Source of the DNA: Takakia lepidozioides
Taxonomy: Eukaryota; Plantae; Bryophyta
Assembly: GCA_030704615.1 (NCBI GenBank)
Contig: CM060732.1
Location: forward strand, 41,292,001 to 41,356,000
Length of the DNA stretch: 64,000 bases
Direction of reading: 5' to 3'
The translations under genes were made by a program, and so were the position numbers. The notes under the pieces were generated by a model. That model made no database searches, was not told where the DNA came from, and saw only the letters and a program-made list of their open reading frames with translations. This document shows positions 23,747-37,379 of this stretch, one piece after another. The stretch's first letter is position 1, and the number at the start of each line of letters is the position of its first letter.

Positions 23747-25068
23747 AACAATACTGTGCCCGGACCTCTCCTAAGAACTTGAAAATCTTTACGTACCTCA
23801 CATTAGGTAATCTCTAATTGACACATCGACCCTTTTGAATGAAACTTGCTCAAAACATTTTTGCAAAAGATGAAAACTAATGGGGCTTGACTTAATTGGT
23901 GATATTTCAATGGAACTGGGCACGCGAGCACAAATGCATATTACGTATATTCTCCAAGAATCCGGAGAATGTGCGTTAGCGAAACAAGAATGTGCTCACG
24001 CGGAAAAAAAAAAAAAAAACAAAACTATTTGAAAACCGTGCTTACGCGAAATAATTTATGAAATCAATCGTCCAAAGCTTACCTCACGTGAGCACAAAGA
24101 CCCACAACTATATCTGCCAGAACTGAAAGGTCAGCGAACGTAAACAATGTGGCATTTGGTAACACATTGTGTGTAGAACATCCCCAAGAACCACCCCAAA
24201 AATGGATTTCGTCAGCGAAACGCAAAATGCATCTTGGGGTTTTTGCCAATGAAACTTGGATTTACTCCGGCGAATCGTCTATTATATGTATTTCCGCTGA
24301 CATCCATAATCACCCCATAACCGTGGATCCTTCTTACGAGCCGTTTTTTTTGTGCTCATGCCATACCAATCCCCTCCCACGGCCGCCCTCAACCCTCTCT
24401 ACTTCATTACTGCTCTGCCACTCTTCTTTCCCTCTCTCCCTCTTTCACTGCTACCTATTGTCTTCTACTTTTTTCACTACTTCAAGCCCCTCTGAAAGAT
24501 TCTTGGTTGCCCACACCCACTCTTGGACCTGCTAGCTTCTTGTTAATCCAGTACTTTAATACTAATGTATTAATCCAGTACTTTGAAGGACCTGGTTCAC
24601 ACCGGTTAATATGTGTCTCTCCAAGTACCGGTGTTCTATTACTACTAACCTAAACTGAAACTGAAAACCATGAAGCTAACTACTCACTGTAAGTGCTGGT
24701 TTATTACTGCCAAATTACAGTAAGCAACTTTTCTGGCTATTCATACTATATTTCAAGCTTGGTAACTTATTGTGAGATAAAAATGCTTCTCACTCTTTGA
24801 TATTAGCGACTTCAATGCAGACACGTGTGGTTGCGGCGGCCCCGCATGTGGGAGAGGGGGTCCCATCCTCGGTGTGCTTAGCTGAGCGTGCGGGGGCCAT
24901 AAACACATCATAAAACATTAATGTTTTGGAGGTGTTGTAGAAAGTAGCAGGTAGTGTTGTGGTAAAAAGCAACTTACGATAAGCATGTGGTTTGGTGTTC
25001 AAATCCTGCCTGGTGATACTGTGGCAGTAATGTGTCCTAATAGTAAGTAGGGACACATCCTCTAAGGA

Positions 25069-25162
25069 GGGTCTGCCAGTCCGGTTGAGTCAAGGTGGCA
25101 GATTGGTTGGAGTCAGGGTCTGCCAGTCCGGTTGAGTCAAGGTGGCAGACTGGTTGGAGTGA
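25069..25162. repeat. 47-bp tandem duplication (2 copies)
   Basis: GGGTCTGCCAGTCCGGTTGAGTCAAGGTGGCAGA(T/C)TGGTTGGAGT(C/G)A occurs twice. Confidence 0.9.
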
Positions 25163-25473
25163 AGGTCGCCTGTCCAATCCGCCCAATTGCCAATCCTGGC
25201 CACAAGTGGGTCCGCTCGCCAGTCCCCTAGAAGGTTGGAGCAAGTGGAGCTAATATTAAAAAATGAGAGGCGATAAAAATTGCAGGTTCCCTGTTTTACT
25301 AACAGCTGCGTTTACAACCTCTAAATTTCCTTTGCAGATTGGTTGAGTGTGGAGCTGCCTCAAACGGGAGAGACGAGGGAGAGTTGTACATGGAGCTCTA
25401 TGAATGCTACCCAACGAGCGCGTAGATGGCCTGCACAGAGCTTCGTGGATGAGCCTGTTTGTTCGCTACAAGT

Positions 25474-27075
25474 TCAATTCTCTGTGGAAGGGATATCTCG
25501 CACGTCTCTCTCCATCTGAATCCATACTCCATCCTCGTTCCGAATCAAGCCCTTGTTCTCTAGCTGCCACCACTGTTGAGGAATGTATTTATGCGATACC
25601 AGGAAATTCGAGGCTTTGTTGACTAGCGCAATATCACGGCGTGTTCCAAAGGAGAAGGGGTTGCCTGGACTTTGGTAACCAGCAATCAGATGCAAGTATG
25701 CCTCCAGGTTGTGGATGTCGGATGCGCTTGCGTTGGGTCTGAGGTAGGGAGAGAGTAGATGATCAACCTGCAACTCGACTCCAACATGGCTGTAGGTCCA
25801 CGGAAAAGAGTCAAACAGATTGTTTATAGCCCTCAAATCCTCATTCAAGATCAAGCCAGGAACTCGGGGCACAAAGTCGTGCACATTCACAACACGCAGC
25901 ACCTTCACGCCGAGCTCATCAACCCTGTCGGCGAATGCGGTGTTGCCCACACGGGGTCCTGCAAAAGAGAACACCGTGACAGGGATGAGCCCATCTTTGG
26001 CGGTGGCTGGGGATGAGGTGGGTGTGGCGGTAGTGAGTTCATTCCACTGTTCGGGAACACTGGCATTGTCGCTGTGTTGATTAACGCCGGACTCTGCAAG
26101 ATCGTAGGCACAGATCAAAGCCAGTGCTGCACCCAAGCTGTGGCCTGTAACCGTGATGCTCAGTTCCTCGCCCTCGTACAGTTTCAGCAACCTCTTCACC
26201 TCACTCAGGACCTGCTCACGTGCGCTCCTCTTGTTGTATCGGGTATTTACATTTTTCGTTGTGTAGAGGCTAAGAAACCCTTCCTCCAATCTCAGCGTCA
26301 GCCACCGTTTGCTGCTAGTGTTTCTTGCGTCAAGGGCCGAGGGCTTCAATGAGAAGGCCAGATTCGCTGTCCACTCTAGCTTGGTCACCGTACCTCGCCA
26401 AGCGATCACGATGTCCCGACGACCCATCTCCTTGATCACTTTCTCGTCAGTGGCCACTGCTATGAAGCCTATCCAGTTTGAGCTTGTGCTCCAGGCGTCG
26501 TTGGCTTGGTTCTTCAGGTTGAAACCCAATTTAATGTCGGTAGTGGCGAAGAGGTACTTGGTGACTTCGTAGCCCGTGTCTGGAAGACCCACTTTCTCCA
26601 GCAATCTCTGCTTGGCATATCTGCAGCTCCCACAGTACTTTGAGTAGGTATCATTATCGAAAGCATCATAGCAAGCCTGTGAAAACTCACCATACCGGAT
26701 CACCTCTTCCCGCAAGTCCTTGTCCATGGGATCGAGTAGACCCTTCCAGCCATTCGCCCCGTGTACCTCTCTCCACCTTCTCGCCAGCTGCGTTGATTCG
26801 GTCTCCTGAACCACCTTCTCCGCAGTACTAGACAGTTTCTTCTCACTCCCTGAAGCCATCGGCAACTTGAGAGTTCTACATCTGGGCTTGCTCTCCCACC
26901 TCGGTCCTCTCTCACCACTCAGCCAGTCCCCAACATATGTGGATCGGCGGTGGAGGGTCACCTTCGCGGGAATTGGAGCTTTGACATCACTTCGATGCAC
27001 CCCCTGCAGACAGGTGCAAGCTGCAATTCCAGCAGAGCTGCCTTGCACCAAGGCGATCTCCTGTAGCAACAGCAT
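25474..27075 (-). CDS. Phospholipase A1 / class-3 lipase, DAD1-like, intronless, probable plastid transit peptide
   Basis: 533 aa ORF with W.GLLDP...YGEF.QACYD, RRDIVIAWRGT, the lipase motif TGHSLG, FAGPRVGN, D.VP.VPG and HNLEAYLH. Confidence 0.95.
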   Translation of the reverse strand: MLLLQEIALVQGSSAGIAACTCLQGVHRSDVKAPIPAKVTLHRRSTYVGDWLSGERGPRWESKPRCRTLKLPMASGSEKKLSSTAEKVVQETESTQLARRWREVHGANGWKGLLDPMDKDLREEVIRYGEFSQACYDAFDNDTYSKYCGSCRYAKQRLLEKVGLPDTGYEVTKYLFATTDIKLGFNLKNQANDAWSTSSNWIGFIAVATDEKVIKEMGRRDIVIAWRGTVTKLEWTANLAFSLKPSALDARNTSSKRWLTLRLEEGFLSLYTTKNVNTRYNKRSAREQVLSEVKRLLKLYEGEELSITVTGHSLGAALALICAYDLAESGVNQHSDNASVPEQWNELTTATPTSSPATAKDGLIPVTVFSFAGPRVGNTAFADRVDELGVKVLRVVNVHDFVPRVPGLILNEDLRAINNLFDSFPWTYSHVGVELQVDHLLSPYLRPNASASDIHNLEAYLHLIAGYQSPGNPFSFGTRRDIALVNKASNFLVSHKYIPQQWWQLENKGLIRNEDGVWIQMERDVRDIPSTEN

Positions 27076-30000
27076 AGCCGCTCAAGATCTCACCCCGATC
27101 TCACACTCCAATGCAGAACTCTCCTCACCTGTACAATCCTCCTCAGACTATCTTCCGCTACTCACTCTGCAAATCATGCGACTCATCCCACCTGCATGAT
27201 TCCTTGCAACGGGAGAGTGCACTAAGGCTTCTCTTACTGCGGATGGTTTTGTAGATTGTGAACAACCAAGTTTTTGCAAGATGGGAGCTGGAATTCAGTA
27301 CACTGGTAGTGTCACTTTATCATGTTATTGCTAGCAACCTGCCTGTTCTCGGGGCTAAAAACTGAACCCACCTTGTTTACCTGTCTCTGCTTTTTGTTTT
27401 CAGGTGTTTCCTTTTTGCTACCTATGAACTCGTAGTCTGTGCCATTAATTAATGTGTCGCCCCTATGCAGCCTCTACAGTACGGGCCTATTATTGCATAT
27501 TATTGGCTTGAAAGGCTCCTCAGTACATCCTGGTGCTAGATCTTTTGTTTTGTGTTTGCATGGCCTGATTATAGTGTGATGGCGATGGAGAGTCCTGTTC
27601 TAGATGAGTGACCAGTCTAGGACTAGCCAAAGGAGTGGACGTCATGTTGACAGAAACCATCTTTCCATATGGAATAGGGCCAATTGGACAGAAGCAGCAC
27701 TTGCCCATTCCCAAAAGGAATAGAACGAAAGGGCCACCTCAGGCACAATGTAAATCACGGATTCCTCATGAAGAGAAGAAGACAAAAATTTCGATGGGTA
27801 CCATTTGTCGTTCTGTGGGCTGTAACGTCAGAGGTCAGAACCATGGGGTGTCTGGACTTAGACACTTTTTCGGTGGGATCAGCGCTCTTTCACCCACGAG
27901 CTAGGAACTGCTCGTACGTACTACAGTCTAACCTACCAATGCGAGTTTACATGGTGGTGGGTTGTGGGTGGGGAGTTTCCCCGGTTGTTGACTTCGTTTC
28001 ACTCTCTCGACTCTCTTTAGGCTGTTCCTGACCTCAATGTCATCCTCTCACTAGATCTCTCTCTCTCTCTCCCTTTTGTTTGGATTTCTTGAACTAAAGT
28101 GAAAGGGAGGAATAGAGATGGAGATCAAAGATTGGGCCCCACGTAATTGAGCAATATGTGATTCCTCAGACTCTAGCTCGGCGTACTTTGTGTACAAGTG
28201 GGATCGCCTAGTTTAATTTACGTGTTACTTTGACCTGTCCTCCTGTGTGTTCCATAAGTTGATGTCGAGCACTTTCGGGGCACTTTCTTCAGACTTGTTG
28301 CTCTCCAACGATTTCTGGTCTGATCAAAGGAGACTTACGAAATACGTGAGGGACATTCCCGAGTTCGGGGTGGAAATCATTCCTTATTACGTAACTACAG
28401 TATGCATTCAAATGTGCATATAGAATGTCGGTATTTCAGCTTACTATGTACCATCAAATCTCTTTGAAGGCATTGATTTTGGGGAGCTGCATATATATTT
28501 CATGTACATTATCGAGGCTAGACATACTGGTCAGCGTCTTGACAGCAAGTTTGGAAAAGGAGTTATCGAGGCGTAAAATTCAGATTGACGACGAGGCTGC
28601 AACATCGATCCCTGCTGAAGGGAGCGGCGCCAGAAACCAAATCCTAAAATTATATGTGCTAATGTTAAGTATGTTCGGCCAGATCCTGGAGCTGGTTTGT
28701 TTCAATGGAAGGCAAAAATTTTGTGTTGTTATCAGATTCCACCTGTAAGCCATTCTAGATTCCAACTTGGAACACATGTCGCAAAGTTGTATGAGCACTC
28801 TGGTCTTCGAATGGAAAAAGTGAAGTGAAGCTGGTCCAAAAGGAGGAGATGAACTTCAATAGATTAGCACCCGTGGGCATTTTCGTCACTTGACAGTACA
28901 ATCCGAACTTGAAGACTTAGAAATTGTATTCAAACTCATTGCGGACGAGTGCTGGCCGCTTCTTGTCAAGGCGGGTGGGTCCTTTCCCATGGACCATGGC
29001 CTGCACCAAGCTGAATTGACGGGCATAAAAGACTGCATGAGGTGATAAATTCACTGCTGTCAACTGAGATCAATTCATATACATCAGGTTTGGGCTCAGT
29101 TTCACCCATGCTAGATTCTGAAATCGTCCCAGATTGGTGCATTGTTTCTGAAATTGTCCCTTCGCTATGTACCTTGCTCAACGTAGAGATACCAATTGAT
29201 CTTGCTGTGGATCCAGAACCTGTTCTCTGTCAATGTTCTTGCAAAGGGACTGTAACATGTGTACCAATTATTGAAAGTAAGGGGAAAGTCTCGATACATG
29301 TGCACATGAGATGTTTTCGACCCATCTCGCACACACTTTTGAGCACTGGCTAGCATCTGGGTGAGACGATGAAGAATAAGACTAATTAGTGAGTTGAGGC
29401 TGCGAAAGAGCAGCATCAACTCAAGACTTGCTAGACTTTTTCTTCATCGTCTCACCCACAGTTCAACTAGCCTAAAGGAAGAACGTTTGGTAACAGACTG
29501 ACACCAGTTGCACCTCAGGCTTCCTGGCATGACAAATCTCCACAAGTTCAGTCCAAGTAGGTGATGGTAGGGAAGGCAGTCTTAGACGTAATTTCAATTC
29601 AGTCGCTGGGGACTAAAGACTTCGTCTAGTATACAAGGAATACGCACATCCAGCTATGGCAGATCGCCGAGCAATCTGAAGCGATCCGGGCCTGAGGCAC
29701 GTCTTTATACTAAAAATGTAACTGCACAAAGTAGCCACACTGCGTGAAGATTCCTCGGACTCGGACCGAGGGATCGATGTGACCTCCGGCCTTTGTTCTT
29801 TCACGACATGTCAAGCTGTGATGTCTGCAAGCCGTTCTAAGCTAAGCTTCACCCAGCAAAGATCATCACAAGTCTGGATGCGGGATACGTTACAGTGCTC
29901 CAGATCCTCCAAAGGTGGCCTGAGTTTGACTTCCGAAAATAGATCCACCTCTTGAAATGCTCGTGGAACAGCGGAGAACCGTTAAAGTTCGGGAAGATTG

Positions 30001-31492
30001 AATCACTCCGAGCGAGCGAGACTCGCTAGAAACCTGGAACAGCGAGCTGTATGCCTGTCAGGACTAAAAGACCAGTTGTTCTATCGATCCTCCGCTTTCT
30101 GAATGGCCACTCCCACCCACCCCCCGCGTTGTGAGGCATCATAGAGCTGGCCATTTCTACAGCTGCCTACTTCCATTGAGGGCACCCATGTCTCACTATA
30201 AAGACCGTCGCACCTTGCTGCTCATACGTGACCTCACCCAAATGAACCTCCCACATTCAATGCACCAGCTCTACAGACTCCAACAAGAAGGATGACCCAT
30301 CTGCTCAACTCACCCTCTGATCCACCCACCATCGCCATTGCATCATATGGACACTCTCCTTCCTAAAATATCACAAGGCACTGTTGATCGGAGTGGGGAT
30401 GTTCATGAGTGAACCCCGAGTTCAAAGCCTATTGCATGTGAATTTGCGCTCATACTAGCTTGAATGCTTCTAAGTGCTTCTTAGTGCGGTATGGATACTG
30501 AGAAGAGATGGGGTTTCCTGTTTCCTTCCACCACAGAAACCAAAATAACACACAAAATCCATGTCATCTATCTCGATTATTAGGAGAGTGGGCATGATGC
30601 AGAAAGAAATAGGGGCTGATAGTGGCTGCATAGATTGTGGAAAGACGAGATCCAATGGAAGCGCTTGAGAGTGCCCTCTGGGCTTGAGAGCACGAAGCGC
30701 GGCGTGTGGGGCCAGTGATGGTGCCAGAATGTGCCACGCAGACAACAATGGAGGTGTGACAACAGTAGTGACAAGGCGATAATGAGACGGGCCCACTTCC
30801 TCCACCGCTGTCTCCTTCTCGGATCTTAGCTTTTCTCCGGAAATCTTGAATCTCAGGTTGTTTCTATATGTCCTGCTCGTCCCAATGCGTCTTCTTCCGC
30901 TTTGGCAGAATGGGTGTTCTAATTGCATTCTTATAAATCCAGATTTGAGCATTCTAAACCCGTTATTTGAGTGTGTGTGTATGTCACTGTCAGTTGCTTC
31001 AAGCGCATCAGTGATTTCCTACATCTACATCTGTTCGTTCACTCGACAATTCGGACTATGTCTGTATTGCACCCCTCATTCTTTCCCTCGATCTTGAGCT
31101 TCAATCTGATCTTCCTGCTTCTCACCTACCCATCGACTGATCATCTCCTCATGGCTGCTTTGCACTATCACTGCAGGTCCGTCCATTTTTGATTTCAATG
31201 TCAACGTGCTGAGTATTGTTATGTCAACACATCATCAGGAGTATTTGCTAAACTCTTAAGCTCTTGGTTGGGCGTGATACTCGGATCGATTACTTTTTGA
31301 TCGCTTTGTCGCTGTTTCTTTTTGAGCAATCACTCTATCACGGAACCTCAGAGCTGGATTTCGCAGCATTTGCTAGTATCAAAACACGTCGTTTTCTTTC
31401 TAGGATCAGCTCTGGGGATTTGGAATCCAGCAAGCACGAGCTGCCAGTTTAATCTCTAAGTACTTGGGGTTACCATCTGAGCCTAGGTCACG

Positions 31493-34400
31493 ATGTCATT
31501 CGAAGATGAGGAGTCCATGGAGCACACACTACTCATTGTGAGGGAAGTGTCAGTATACAAGATCCCGCCGCGAAGCTCGAGCGGTGGCTTCAAGTGTGCG
31601 GAGTGGCTTCAATCGGACAAGATTTGGACAGGGAGGCTGAAGGTCATCTCTCTGAAGGAGAAATGCGAGGTCCGATTGGAGGATCCCAGCACAGGGGAGC
31701 TTTTTGCAGCTTGTCCTGTTCTGCCTGGGAAGAGAGACGTGACAGTGGAGAATGTGACGGACTCCTCTCGCTACTTTGTACTTCGAATTGATGATGGGAG
31801 GGGGAAGCATGCGTTCATCGGCCTTGGCTTTAGTGAGAGAAACGAAGCCTTTGATTTCAATGTTGCACTCTCAGACCATGAGAAGTATGTGAAAAGGGAG
31901 ACAGAAAAGGAGGAAGGTGGCCTTGGTGATACCCGCGGCACCCTGTCTCCTTCGGTGGATTTGCGGTTGAAGGTAGAAACTAACGCTGCACCTAGTTTAC
32001 TCTGATGTAACCTACTCTATCCTTTCTCTGTCTCCTCTCTGAACCACTCCTCGATGGTTTGTGAGATCTGAAGGAGCTTACATGTGTAATGGTGACAACT
32101 GTACATGGTTGACTGCATTCCACAAACAATTTGATACATTTGCTGCTGTTGTGTCCATCTTCAGAATGCCAACTGCATTCTTTTGTCTGCTTACAACACT
32201 GCTACATAATTGGCAACTTGTGACCTAGAATTCTCCCAAAGAACTGTCTGTGTTATGTTGGGGTTTCTGTTTCGTAGCAGCTGGCACTTGGTTTTACTAC
32301 AGTACGTGAATCATTGTCTCCAAGTTTGGGTTATGTGTAGTCATGATACTTCCACCCTCTCTTCCTCAATTTGGCTTCTGTGTATGCACATCGATGATCC
32401 CTAGTAGGGTTTCATACTGTTATGAAGCTTGGGGCTCGGGTTTGTGTCCTACATACACTTGATTGTTGTAAACATAGCCAAGTGGACTGTTGTTGGCTAA
32501 AAATATGCTCGCGTCAGGTACGCTCTCCCTCTCTCCTTTCCCAATCTCTGATGACTGGTGGTGTAATGATTAGGCATAAATGTCACATTGTCAGATTGGG
32601 AGCCAGAGGGGGAGTACTGGATCTAGATAATGTCGAAACTAGCCCTGACTTCAGCACTCCATTCGCTGTAATCGGATTGTTGTTGGCTGTGTGCAAGGGC
32701 AAGGGAACCACACAATGGCTGGGGAAGTTGATATCCTACTGGGGCCAGCCTACGTCAGGGAACAGTCATGGATTTGTCTCTGTCTTTCTGTCTGTCTGCT
32801 GGCCACCATCAATGGAATGGGCATATTTTCGCCAAAAAGTGGTGACTGCTTCCAGTGTTGGTTTGCTAACCATGAATGGCTCTAACAGTTGGAGTGATAA
32901 TTATGGTGCAAATACATCAACTGCAATGGTCTCTGAAGATTTGAGAGTCCTGTGAGTCACAAAAGTGAGAGTCTCTGTGATGTCAATTGTGTGTGCAGTT
33001 AATCTGATAAGACGCATGTAATATCTCCAGGCCATCCTCTCCATTTCTTATCTCATTTAATAGATGTGGTTTGGCTGTGTAAGCAGGAAGGGGAAACAAT
33101 CCGAATAAATGTTAAGACAAAATCAGTGTCAGGCACAGGAATGCTATCAAGTGTGACAGGAACCGGCAGCGTTACTGGTAGCACTGGTCGTATGGTGGCC
33201 CCACTGGCACCTCCTCCAGGTGGGGGCCGGATCCGCTCCCCACTGCCACCTCCACCCAATGATGCCAGACATATTCGCACTGCTGCATCAAACCCACAAC
33301 ACGCCCCTCCTGTCAGGACTGACGCTCCTCCATCCAACACACCGTCAACATGGGTGTCGGACAGGACACTGGATTTTGGAAGGGCTTCCAATGATGCTTT
33401 TACGGATTTGTCTCAGCTTGAGGTAAGTCCAGCAATACTTATGCAGAATCAGTATAGCTGAAGGGTGTGGAGTGTTGCGGCCTTTGCTTGTGTCTTAAGC
33501 CTGGCATTGTTGAGAAACTACGCCCGAGTCTCAGCACAAGAAAAACTTACAGAATTACACAAATGAACACAAATTCGATCACGATCAGAAGTGGTCAACT
33601 TTGTGTTGAACATGTGATTCCTGGTAACAGGGTTATTTATGGTAGGCTGTGCATTACTTCATGACTGTTTTGCGTTCCATACTTGCCTGGCTGACAGAAA
33701 ATCCAAGACTGGCTCCAGGACAGTTAGTATGGAATGGAAACTTTCCTGTTGTGTCATAGCCAATGTTCCCAGGAAATGACATATGTTCTCCTCTTTGGTG
33801 GTGGAGCGCAATTCTATAGTTTTTGGATAAATTTCTATGGTATGTTGAACTAGCCTAAGGAGTTTAACATGGAACGTAGAAAATGATTCAGTATGGGCAT
33901 CCTGAAGACAAAATCCATTTTCGATACATTGTCCCGGGTATTATCACCAGACAGTGAATCTCTTCAGGAATATCGAGAACATGGTTCCTGCGCCTCTGTT
34001 CACCAACTTTGAAAATCTTGAGGCTGAGCCTAAACCCCTGGTCCTGTTGGGGTCTAACTTTTGGGCTGCTCACTCACAGCAGATTGAGTGCTTGTGTGAA
34101 GGCTTTCTAGAGGATATTTGGAAAGCCCGAATTGATTGTTTAAACAAGGTAAGTCACACTAGTGGAGTGAGCCCCTCTTAAAGGTAGTGCCTATTCCTTA
34201 TGATCAGTCCCAACTGTGCGGGGGGGCTACAGCCACAAGGCTACGCAAACCAAGTCTTATGAGTACAGTCTCTCTCTGTCCTGCTGTGAGGTGAATGGCA
34301 AAGAAGTGTCGTGGATCTATTCTGATGCTATGTTGAAACAAGAGAAAGAAGTCGGAGGAGCAGATTTCATTTAGAGATTCCCCATCTTTCTTCCACCTAT

Positions 34401-34583
34401 TGGTTGATGGGCTATGTGTAAATGGCTGTATGTTATATTTTCTTTCTTTCTCATGTTCTCTGTCTAATGTATGTGTGTGGTCCATGCATGTTTTGGATAT
34501 CTAAACAGTTGAGTTTGCCGGCCACGTCAAAGGCGGGGTCAAGCACAATTGGCAGTGGTACCGCAGGTTGGGCAGCGTTTTAA
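31493..34583 (+). CDS. NECAP: Adaptin ear-binding coat-associated protein (NECAP, PHear domain), 3 exons
   Basis: Exons 31493-31972, 33087-33422, 34509-34583 (phase 0, GT-AG). VYKIPPR..W..DSSRYFVLRI..AFIGLGFSERNEAFDFNVAL and the C-terminal WxxF motif (GWAAF). Confidence 0.94.
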
Positions 34584-36022
34584 ACAGATTTCATTGAATT
34601 CCTCGTTCTTCAATGTATGTAACTTTCAGTGTTCAGCCCCAGAGTAGTTTGTTGCAGTGCAGGTGAAAGCGTGAAAGTAGCGAGGACCCAGAACATGTAC
34701 TTCGTCTCCACCTTTCGAATGTTTTTAGTGAAATTCGAATTCATCTAGGACCACACTTGTTCTCCAAGCAGAAGATTTCATGAATTTGTGTCTCGGCTTA
34801 ATGTCCTGGATTGTCTTCATCAGTCACGCCCAAAACTGAATTATGAGATGGACTAAATGACTTACCTGTGAAAATGACTGTCATACTTGTCTTGCAAGAA
34901 ATCAACAGTGTGATTCGTGAATTTCTATGGAGGTAATGTTTGGACTATATTCCTCTGTAGAGGTATTATTAAATACACTGACCGCAATGTCATAGGAACT
35001 CAACTGGCAGGGATCATCTTTCACAGAAAACAGCTTAACAGTTGTCAATGTCCTCTTTACCAGACTGATTGAAGTAAACTCCCAGTTCTTGACTTGAAAG
35101 TGCAGTGCAGATGCTAAATCCCAGTGGTATACTTAGCTCTGGATAGGTACAAGTTTTTAGAAAATACCTTTCAGTTTCTCAATAAGCTCTCGCACAGGGA
35201 AGAACAGGCTAGGGAAGGAACCTCGTTCAAGGAACCTTGTCAAGATACAACAGTAGCTCAGGTCTGTAGTACCATGCCTATGATATGGACAAAACATCTT
35301 CTAGCAACAGATTAGAGTTGGGTATTTTTTTATGGTGCCACAAGGAGCGAAGCCATATCTAAGAGAAGTATAGAAGCACTTGATCAAAGGACTTGGTAGT
35401 CACTCAATCATAAGGTATCTGATTCTGATATAAGGCATCGGCTACAAGAGACTAGCTAACAAAAGTAGTGTGCATCGACCGGATCATGTATAAGGTGTAC
35501 ACATACTCCCGTAAGCTGTCTTACCAGGGCTTAGCTCATAATATCGGCATTCAAAAGTCCTTTAGATGCTCTATGCTTATTTCAGGTATCATCAAGGATG
35601 CCTTACTTTTCATACCCAATCAATCAACCATACTATTGTTGGAGAAGATCATACCTGGCCAAGGGGGATTCATACCCCAAGGCTTTCAGTTCATCATTCC
35701 AGTTTGGAATGTGTTTGTTGCCTATCTGCCAAGGCTCCTCAAAAAATATTGTCAGTACATCAGAATGAGAAGGTGAAACATGAAAGGAGAAGGGTAGATG
35801 GTGTGTACAAAAACCACTAAGTACACTAATCAGATAAAGAGAGGGAAGATATACATGTCATGTCAAGACATGGACAAAGACCACTAAGGTCATTGTCATT
35901 GAAAGACAAAGCAGCCCTTTACAGGGCGCCATCTAACAACCACTTCCATGTTTACCATCTCATTTGAATATCCCATTACATTTCAGGGTATCTGAAAAAA
36001 CAGGGTGGGAGGGTGGGATTCT

Positions 36023-36570
36023 TGGTCAATCATATTATGAAAGCACCATAGTTTGACATACAACGATCACCACCATACTTGCCGATTGTAACATCATTTC
36101 AAAAACCAGATTGCAGGTCTGGAGATAAATCTCGAGAGCCAAGCACATAGTACTTTAAATTGCAATTGAAATAGCAAGCCATACATGTCTTAAGCATTTG
36201 CCTGTTGACATAATGATTCCTCATTTTTTGTTGACATGGGTCAAGCCTTACATAATCCAGTTCTTGAGCCATTCATCTTCCTAAAAAGGCATCTTGTGTT
36301 GGCTTGAAACCGATCTATCAGTGCCAAGACACATGCAAGATTCATAAAGTAGAAACGGGGCTGAGTTTTTTCAGGCATATGCAAGCCTGGATTGGTATTC
36401 CAGGGCCTCATAAACAGCTCTGCTAGGGTAAAAAACAAATAACTCAGAATTCCAGGTCAATCATATCATGAAAGCACCATGGTTTAATAAAAAATTCCCC
36501 TATACTTGCAGATTGCACCTTCATTTCAGAAACCAGATTGCAGGTCTGGAGATAATCTCCAGAACCAAGC
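36023..36570. repeat. Dispersed ~120 bp direct duplication (36023-36145 and 36455-36570)
   Basis: GGTCAATCATAT.ATGAAAGCACCAT ... AAACCAGATTGCAGGTCTGGAGATAA is present twice. Confidence 0.8.
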
Positions 36571-37379
36571 CCTTCAAGCAACAAGTGTCTTTCTTGCTTA
36601 GTTTTATCTAAGTAAGAATATCTCTACACCTAGCAAGGTGTATCATGACCAGGTTTAGGCCATGAAAAAATATTTAAAACTGTCATGCTAGGCTACTTGC
36701 TGGACCATAAAGGTTACTGTTTTAGAATCTAGTTTTTGAATAAGTCGCCTTCCTAAAAAAACAGCCAACCTGAAGGTATCATAGCATTGCAAATGAATGA
36801 GCAAGCATTACATGCAATGACATGGCTTATTTGAGTCTCTGTAAGGAGCTGCAGGTCTGGAATGGAATTCCAGGACTTTATGATCAAAACTCTGCGAGGG
36901 TAGAAGGTAAGAAGCACACTACCAGCAAGCAGGTCTTGAAAATCAAAATTATGATGGGGCCAGGTCCGAAGGTGCTTCAGTGCCAAGTCATAGGCAAGAC
37001 TTCTAACAACACAAAACACATGGCTGAGTACCCTCAAGATTCATGGCTACAGTTTCCCACAATTGGGGCCATCGTTTGAAGAGATGGATTATACTACAGA
37101 TCATGCAAGATGGTGCATGAAGATGGAAGAAGCATGAAGCCAGTGCCTTTAATTGTGTAAGAGGTGAAAGTATAACACTGCCTTACGAAAACAATGGGAT
37201 ATCATGACATGGAAATAAGTAAGGCATCAGATATCCTACCAAATACTGCATATCAGCTGATAGCATATGGCCACACATTAGACTATCAACAATGCTGTGT
37301 CCTTTGGCTCTAGAGCCACACCAGACATGGCAATTTCAATATTGTCTCTTCCCATGCATCCACCCACATTGCTTATTTG

